From assembly GCF_009914755.1 (NCBI RefSeq), contig NC_060931.1: a stretch of DNA of 64,000 nt; one strand, written 5' to 3'. This document shows, piece by piece, positions 55,671 through 64,000 of the stretch (position 1 is the stretch's first letter; the number at the start of each line of letters is the position of its first letter). This stretch comes from the human T2T-CHM13v2.0 reference genome, Homo sapiens. Position numbers and translations under genes: made by a program. Under the pieces are notes generated by a model. The model searched no databases. It was not told where the DNA came from and saw nothing but the letters and a program-made list of their open reading frames with translations.

Positions 55671-56789
55671 CTGGTTCAGGAAGGACAGAGATAAAGAGGT
55701 GGCTCTCACAATGGGAAGCATGTTCCTTAGGGCCAGGTCCCCTCCTGCTCTCCCCAGGAAAGCCTGTCCTAGGGACAAAAAGGACTTCACAGGTTCCTGA
55801 AGAACTGCTCCCCTTGATCAGAAATGCGGGTTGTGTCACTGAGTGGGTGCAGTGGCTCACACCTGTAGTCCCAGCACTTTAAGAGGTCAAAGTAAGGCCG
55901 GGCATGGTGGCTCACACCTGTAATCCCAGCACTTTGGGAGGCCGAGGCGGGTGGATCACCTGAGGTCAGGAGTTCGTAGACCAGCCTGGCCAACATGGTG
56001 AAACCCCGTCTCTATTAAAAATACAAAAATTAGCCAGGCGTGGTGGCATGCACCTGTAGTCCCAGCTACTCGGGAGGCTGAGGCAGGAGAATCGCTTGAA
56101 CCTGGGTGGCGGAGGTTGCAGTGAGCCACTGCACTTCAGCCTGGGTGACAGACTGAGACTCTGTCTCAAAAAAAAAAAAAAAGTCATGGTGAGAGGATCG
56201 CTTGAAGCCAGGAGTTCGAGAGTAGCCTGGGCAACACAGTGAGACCTCATCTCTAAAAAAAATTCAAAAATTAGCCAGGCACGGTGGCATGCCCCTTGTG
56301 GTCCCAGCTACTCTGGAGGTTGAGCGGAGTAGGATAGCTTGAGCCCAGGAGTTTAAGGCTGCAGTGAACTATGATCGTGCCACTGCAGCCCAGTCTGAGT
56401 GACAGAGCAAGACTCTGTCTCAAAAGAAAAAAAAAAAGAAATAGGTGTTGTGCCTCTCCAAACCTTGGCCCCAAAACAGAACCCTCTGTGGCCAAAACTA
56501 TGGGAAGTAGGGCCTACTAGCCCTGGGGCACCAAATGAGGGTGAAGATATCAATTCCCACAGCAATCAATGAATTTCACAATGTTCTGCCAAACTGCAAA
56601 CACCCCTTTCCACTGACTCCGCCCAAAGGTCACACGCTAGCTCTGGTAAGGGTGATCCACTCTCTGCTTAATAGAGTTTTGCGGGGTCTAGATTTAGCCG
56701 GGAGCAAACGGCCCCACCCTTTACGGACTTGATGCCTTTCTCGAACTGGGATCGGCCTTAGCCCTGACCTTCGGACACCGCCCCTCACA

Positions 56790-57510
56790 GCTGCACCACG
56801 CGGCGCTCCCCAGGCCCCGCCCCATTTTCCACTGCAGAAGGCTCTCCGTTCCGGCCTCGCCCCGCCGCGCAGCCGCAGAGCGGGCGCACGGCGGGGCGGC
56901 GCCCCTCTGCGGAGTGCGCATGCTCCCCGGGCGGCAGTGCCGCAAGAGAGGCCTCGCGCGTGGCGCCGCCCCGCCCCTCCCACGCCGCAGTGCGCGGCCC
57001 CGCTGTCAGCCTCACCTTCGCTGTCAGCCTCACCTGCGCAGAGCGCTCCCGCGTCCTCGTGGTGGCCGCAGTTGTGCTGGCCCCAGCCCAGGTGGAAGCA
57101 GTCGCTCAGGCGAGCCTCGGTGCCGGCGCAGCCCACGTTGTCCAGCAGCACGGGGCCGCGGCCGTAGCCGAAGTGGCCCAGTCCCGTAGCGCCCAGCGCA
57201 GGCCCGCAGCCCGCTTCGCGGCAGGCCACGCGCGCGTCCGCAAAGTCCCAGTCATCGTCGCACACGGTGCCCCAGCCCCCGGCGTGCAACACCTCCACGC
57301 GGCCGCGGCACGGACCCGGGCCGCCCACCAGTCGCAGCCGCCCACCTGCGGGGCGCACAGGCCCGCGGCCAGAGGGGCTGGGCTGGGGCTGCCGGCTCCC
57401 GGGCAGAGCCCCAGCCCTACCCTTCCCCATCCCCCGCAGACCCAGGGCACCGCCACTTACTTTTCTTCCCCGCGGCCCAGGCGGCGGTGGTGAGCAGTGC
57501 TGTCTCCCGG
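56790..57510. promoter_or_regulatory. Intragenic CpG island over the SSC4D SRCR3 exon and adjacent intron
   Basis: High CpG density extending ~250 bp into the intron, with GC boxes and an NRF1-like TGCGCATGC (~56915). Confidence 0.6.
57034..57345 (-). CDS. SSC4D: SSC4D SRCR domain 3 exon (312 nt)
   Basis: [32 protein letters not shown]...EDAGALCA. Acceptor ccccgcag|, donor CAG|gtgagg. Confidence 0.95.
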
Positions 57511-57535
57511 GAAGGCTGGGGGCCAACTCCTGTAG
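57461..57535 (-). CDS. SSC4D: SSC4D linker exon (75 nt), [25 protein letters not shown]
   Basis: Acceptor tctccacag|, donor AAA|gtaagt, phase 1-1. An alternative in-frame AG lies 6 nt inside the exon. Confidence 0.85.
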
Positions 57536-58039
57536 CTGTGGAGACAGGGCATCTAGGGCGTTCGAAGGGGACGAGGAGGCCTTCTGTCCTGCAGCAGGGC
57601 ACGGGGACGCCTACCAAGACCCCCAACCCTACCACACCCGTACCCCCACTCAGCTGCAACCCCAGAGTCACCACGTTGTCTGGCGCGGGTTGGGATCTCC
57701 GGGAAACTTGGTTGAATGAACCGAAAGCTAATTCTAGGTATTATCCTAACTTCAGGCCCAGGGATAGTTCCTATCCTAATTCCAATTGCACTGCTAACCT
57801 TGACTCAACCTTCATCTCAATCGACCCCCTCATAAGGTCTCTCAATTCCCAATCTCAGCATCATCCCATTGAAAAAAAAGTTTTTTTAATTTCGAGACAG
57901 GGTCTTGCTCTGTCGCCCAGGCTGGAGTGCAGTGGTGCGATCATAGCTCACTGCAGCCTAGAACTCCTGGCCTCAAGTGATCCTCCTGCCTCGGTATTCC
58001 AAAGTGCTAGGACTGGTGCGACCCACCATGCCCAGCTAA

Positions 58040-58555
<516 letters not shown>

Positions 58556-58917
58556 AGAGACAGGGTCTAGCTACGTTGCCCAGGATGGTCTTTAACTGAC
58601 CTCAACAGATCCTCCTGCCTGTTTCCCAAAGTGCTGGGATTATAGGAGTGAGCCACCGCCCACATCCCAAATTTTACTTCTGTGCTTTGAAGAAATCTCT
58701 TACTGCCTCCTCCCACCCCGCTGAAGTTTTCAGAGCTCTGAGTTTCATCATCCTTGCTCCGTCTGCTCATAATTGTCTCACCCACCTCTGCACCATCTGG
58801 CCAAAGCCCTGGCCTGTTAGCCAGGGCCCCCGCCTGTGAATCCAGAACATTCTTCCCAGTTCCCAGCTGCACCCACCATACCCCTACCATTCCCGCCTGG
58901 AGGGCTGAGCTCTTTAC

Positions 58918-58995
58918 CGGACGGATCTGTCTGCCAAGCCCAGTCCTCTCTTGTGGCTGAGGATGGCAGTGCTGTGAGCGTTGGGGGACCCAGGC
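58918..58995 (-). CDS. SSC4D: SSC4D linker exon (78 nt), [26 protein letters not shown]
   Basis: Polypyrimidine acceptor ctcctgccctag|, donor CCG|gtaaag, phase 1-1, open frame. Confidence 0.88.
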
Positions 58996-59375
58996 CTAGG
59001 GCAGGAGAGAAGGGGGCAGGGTCAGAGGCTGAGATTCTGGTCTCTGGTCAGCCATGGGCTGTCAGGGGAGGATAGGAGGGTCTGCCTGGAGGAGAGAATA
59101 GATGTTACTTCCAGGGCTGGTGGCCCAGCCGCAGCGGGGTTCCAAGGAGGCCTGTCCCCACTTTGATAGTGGTTGTAATTCACTTGTGCTGTGAGGTGTA
59201 CACTTCAGTTTATACAGGGCTGTCAACAGACACGCTTTCATTTCTCTCTAATGTCCCATGTTCTCATCAGAAGTCCTCTGTGTCCAACAGACATGGAGTA
59301 CAGAAGGCCTTGCCCATCAGGGAGGACCATACACAGGCCTGAGTTCTCATTATCCTCCTCTTTTCTTTTTTTTGA

Positions 59376-59480
<105 letters not shown>

Positions 59481-59829
59481 TGAGTAGCTGGGATTACAGG
59501 CGCCTGCCAGCACGCCTGGCTAATTTTTGTATTTTTTTTAGTAGAGATGGGGTTTCACCATGCTGGCTAGGCTGGTCTCAAACACCCGACCTCAGGCGAT
59601 CCGCCCATCTCGGCCTCCCAAAGTGCTGGGATTATAGGCGTGAGCCACCGCGCCCAGCCCATTATCCCCCTCTTACAGAGAAAACAGGGCTAGCAGGGCA
59701 AGGGCCATGCCCAGGGTTAGCAGGGGCTCTGTCAGGGCTCACTGAGACAGACTTCTGCCCTCCTACAGCCCCTCTTAAAGTGAAAAAACAAAAAACAAAA
59801 AAACAACTAATCTCTTGAGTGGGGAATGG

Positions 59830-60303
59830 GGCAGGAGGGAGGACTCACTCGACTCAGGAGGTGGAGCTCAGATACCGGGCCAAATTGAGGACTAGCTAAA
59901 ACAGGGATGGGGTGGGAGTGCCTCTCCATGAGATACGCCCACTCGTATGCCATGTCAGTTTACCATTGCCGTGGCAACACCTGGAGTTACCTTTCCATGG
60001 CAACGCAGACAACCCAAAAATTACTATTCTAGTTCTTAAAATATCTGCATAATCCACCCCCTAATTTGCATATACTTGAAAGTAAATAGAATTACGACTG
60101 CAGACCTGCCTCTCAGCTGCTACTCTGGGCACACTGCCTATGGGGTAGCCCTGCTCAGCAAGGAGCAGGACCTCTGCTGCTGCTGTGCATTGCCGCGTCA
60201 ATGAAAGCTGCTAACACCAGCTGGCCCTTAAATTCTTTGCTGAGGGAAGCCAAAAACCCTCCTGGACTAAGCCTCGATTTGGGGGCTTGCCTGCCTTGCA
60301 TTA
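59830..60303 (+). mobile_element. ERV1-class solo LTR (LTR26/MER41-related) in an SSC4D intron
   Basis: gaggactagctaaaacaggg, gccatgtcagtttaccattgcc, ctactctgggcacactgcctatggggtagccctgctc and aaattctt..gaagccaaaaaccctcc. Subfamily uncertain. Confidence 0.7.
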
Positions 60304-60652
60304 ACTGTGTGACCATGGGCAAGGCTCTGACTCTCTGGGCCTCAGCTTTCCCACCTATACACTGGGAATGATAGCCCTTAGTTTGCTATGAGTTATGAGT
60401 TGTGGGCAACCACTTTATCTCTTACAGAGCAGAGTCCATCTGTGAAATAGCATTATTGGCCCTATTATTCCTCTTTGCTGAGAAACCCTCCCAAATTGGA
60501 GAGGGCCTAGGTGGGGAGAAAATACTATTATTAGAGCATCAGGATGACAGAGGGGTGTGCTAGGTAATGCTGTGAGCATCAGAGAATGCTGGAATATCTC
60601 TGGGGCAATTCTAGAGTGTTACTCCGAGTGTTATCCTAGAGTGTTACTCTAA

Positions 60653-61023
<371 letters not shown>

Positions 61024-61129
61024 TAGAAGTAATTTTGGATGCTGCCTGGAGAGCTCTGGGGAGCATCAAGACAGCCAAAACACCCTCCCCATCCACCTCC
61101 CCACCGAAGCCTCCTCCTCCAGCATTGCC

Positions 61130-61570
61130 ACAGGGCCCCGCCCACCTGCCCCGGCCCCGCCCATCGCCCCTAGAGCCCGCACCTGCGCAGAGCGCGCCCG
61201 CGTCCTCGTGGTGGCCGCAGTTGTGCACACCCCAGCCCAGGCTCTGGCAGGCTGCCAGGCGGGGCTCGCCGCCTTCGCAGTGCACGTTGTCCAGCAGGAT
61301 GTGTCCGGTGCCATAGCCGAAGAAGGCGTTGGTGGTGGCGGCCATGGCCGCCCCGCAGCCCAGCTGACGACAGACCACAGCGGCATCCGGCAGCCCCCAG
61401 TCGTCGTCACACACGGTGCCCCACAGGCCACTGTGCAGGATCTCCACTCGGCCCTGACACAGGTTCGCGCCCCCTACCAGGCGTACGCTGCCCTCACCTG
61501 GGGATGGGGGCGGGGGTCAGGGCGCATCTCCCACTGGCCTCTGCCCCCGTCCGCACCGCAAGGGCAGCCC
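61130..61570. promoter_or_regulatory. Intragenic CpG-rich region over the SSC4D SRCR2 exon; candidate upstream promoter of the antisense neighbour ZP3
   Basis: CpG-rich, with GC boxes at ~61150-61165. The ZP3 link rests on my recollection of an annotated ZP3 5' variant starting inside SSC4D, not on sequence in this window. Confidence 0.45.
61183..61497 (-). CDS. SSC4D: SSC4D SRCR domain 2 exon (315 nt)
   Basis: [33 protein letters not shown]...EDAGALCA. Acceptor catccccag|, donor CAG|gtgcgg. Confidence 0.95.
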
Positions 61571-62381
61571 GGTGTCCCAGGACCTACAACCCTTGGGCAT
61601 CTGCTCACCCCGCTGCCCAGGGTACCGCCTCCTTGGTCCAGACTGGGGGTAGCTTGTGGGATCATAGTATCATTTCTGCCTAAAACCAACCCCCCTACCC
61701 TGCTCCCTGTCTCCTGGCAGCCTGGGACGTGCTGCCTTCTCATCTACTGCAAATGACATCCTCAAGATACAGCCCCACACCTCTTCCTCCAGGAAGCCTT
61801 CCCTGATCTCCTGAGGAACGGGACCCTCTTCCACCTCTGGACTTCTTTGCCTCTTTCACTGTCCCTCTTTTAGAGCACTTTTCATTTTCTTCTTCTAGTC
61901 ATGATCATCATTCTTGGGCTCATCTGACCTTCCTGTGAGATTAAGCTCCAGTCTCACCGCCCATTCATTTTCTATTTTTTTTTTTTTTTGAGACAGGGTC
62001 TCACTGTGTCCCCCAGGCTAGAGTACAGTGGCATGATCTTACTGCAACCTCTGCCTCCCGGGTTCAAGTGATCCCCCTGCCTCAGCCTCCCAAGTAGCTG
62101 GGACTACAGGAATATGCCACCACGCCTGGCTAATTTTTGTATTTTTTGTAGAGACAGGGTTTCACCATGTTGGCCAGTCTGGTCTGGAGCTCCCAACCTC
62201 AAGTGATCCGCTGGCCTCGGCCTCCCAAAGTGCTGGGATTACAGGCGTGAGCCACCGTGCCCAGCCATTTTCTCTAACTTTACATCTTCAATTTGTAATC
62301 CCTGTCTTCCCACTGCCTAGGGTAGGGTGTGAGAGACTCCTCTCCCAAAACCCAGGTGGTGCCCACATTATGCTTACGTAC

Positions 62382-62459
62382 TTTTTCCATTCGGCAGTGT
62401 CGTAGGAGGTGCTCTACTGGTTAACATCTTCCTTGTTGGGGGCTGCGTTGGCAAGAATT
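62382..62459 (-). CDS. SSC4D: SSC4D linker exon (78 nt), [26 protein letters not shown]
   Basis: Acceptor ttcctttccag|, donor AAA|gtacgt, phase 1-1. Confidence 0.88.
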
Positions 62460-62649
62460 CTGGAAAGGAAGTGAAGTGGATACAGGGGTCTTTCTGTTCT
62501 CCATCCTTACACCACGGGGTGTTTAAGGGGCAGGAGGATGGACCCATAAGGTGCTTGCCGCCAGAGCCTCTGGCCACACAAAGAGTCACAGCCAGGAACA
62601 CTGGGGTATGAGAGGAGAGGGTCCACACCAGAGTCCTGGACTCCTCTAA

Positions 62650-63135
<486 letters not shown>

Positions 63136-63946
63136 TCAGTTTCCGCTGCAGCTCTATGCCACGTGGAGCGCATGGCCAGTGTGACCCCAATAGTCGTTTT
63201 TTTCTTTGTTTTTTGAGACAGGATCTTGCTCTGTCACCCAGGCTGGAGTGCAGTGTCACAATCACGGCTCACTGCAGCCTTGACCCCCCAGACTCCAGCG
63301 ATCCTCCCTCCTCTGCCTCCCAAGTAGCTGGGACCGCCCCCAACACCTTGCTAATTTTTCTGATTTTTCGTAGAGATAAGGTACTATGTTCCCAAGATGG
63401 TCTCAAACTCCTGGGCTCAAGCAATCTTGCCACCTTGGCCTCCCAAAGTGCTGGAGTTACTGGCATAAACCACCATGCCCGGCTGATTGTCTGGTTTTAA
63501 AACTAGGAGAGGGGAACCAGTGGGGTGACTTGGACCTGTAGTTCCAGCTACTGAGGCGGGAGAATCCCTTGAGCCCAGGAGTTTGAGGCTGCAGTGGGCT
63601 ATGATCACACCACTGCACTCTGGTCGGGACCAAAGAGTGAGACCTCATCTCCAAAATCTCTAAAAAAATTTTTTTTAAAGGGAGAGGAGCTCTGCTGGGA
63701 CAATCAAAGCCTTACATAGAAGCAGTAGTGCTGGTTTTCTTTTGGTCCAAGGTCAGGGTCAGGCAATGACCCAGAAGAATCCCTGGGACCCAGGCTGGGG
63801 TTCTTCCCTGGCACCAGGCATTGTAGCCTCTGGCCTGATCTGCATGGAACAGCCTTACCTGTGGGAAGTCCCTTCATTTATCTAGCCTACAGCCCTGCTG
63901 CCTGCCACAGTCTGTCTGTCCCTCCAGGTCCCAGGGCTCCACTCAC

Positions 63947-64000
63947 CATCACACAGGACAGCCACATCCTCGTAGTGAAAGCAATTGTGGACGCCCCAGC
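63947..64000 (-). CDS. SSC4D: SSC4D SRCR domain 1 exon, 3' end (continues beyond the window)
   Basis: [17 protein letters not shown], the SRCR C-terminal motif. Donor ATG|gtgagt at 63947/63946. Confidence 0.92.

Noticed and set aside
56897-56912. Possible CTCF site (ccgcagaggggcgccg on minus); a similar one at ~52774
   Set aside because: Spacing of the AG-R-K-GGC core does not fit the consensus, so it cannot be supported without ChIP data.
56630-57719. 298-aa minus-strand ORF and several plus-strand ORFs across the SRCR3 exon
   Set aside because: Read-through of GC-rich introns around a true 312-nt exon, plus antisense shadow frames.
61208-61756. 182-aa plus-strand ORF antisense to the SRCR2 exon
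   Set aside because: Typical antisense shadow of a GC3-rich coding exon; a similar shadow appears opposite SRCR3.

Overview
Human (primate) genomic DNA, extremely Alu-rich, recognisable from translation as the 7q11.23 YWHAG-SSC4D interval. Bases ~1-22215 are YWHAG intron 1 (gene on the minus strand). YWHAG exon 1 ([29 protein letters not shown]) and its CpG-island promoter lie at ~21800-23150. A processed cyclophilin A (PPIA) pseudogene, broken up by Alu insertions, sits head-to-head about 2 kb upstream (~24580-26160). About 27 kb of repeat-rich intergenic DNA follows, with an orphan CpG-rich element at ~43300-43900. The window ends with the 3' two-thirds of SSC4D (SRCRB4D, minus strand): eight coding exons or exon parts covering four SRCR domains and four short Pro/Ser/Thr linkers, all phase 1, plus the 3'UTR and poly(A) signal. 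Nearly all other ORFs in the supplied track are Alu-derived or GC-rich shadow frames. I see no convincing new gene system. The best leads are a PPIA retrocopy with an extra segment exactly at the exon 1/2 junction, competing splice sites in SSC4D (including an 18-bp duplicated donor), four perfect NRF2/sMAF ARE motifs, and several candidate regulatory elements.
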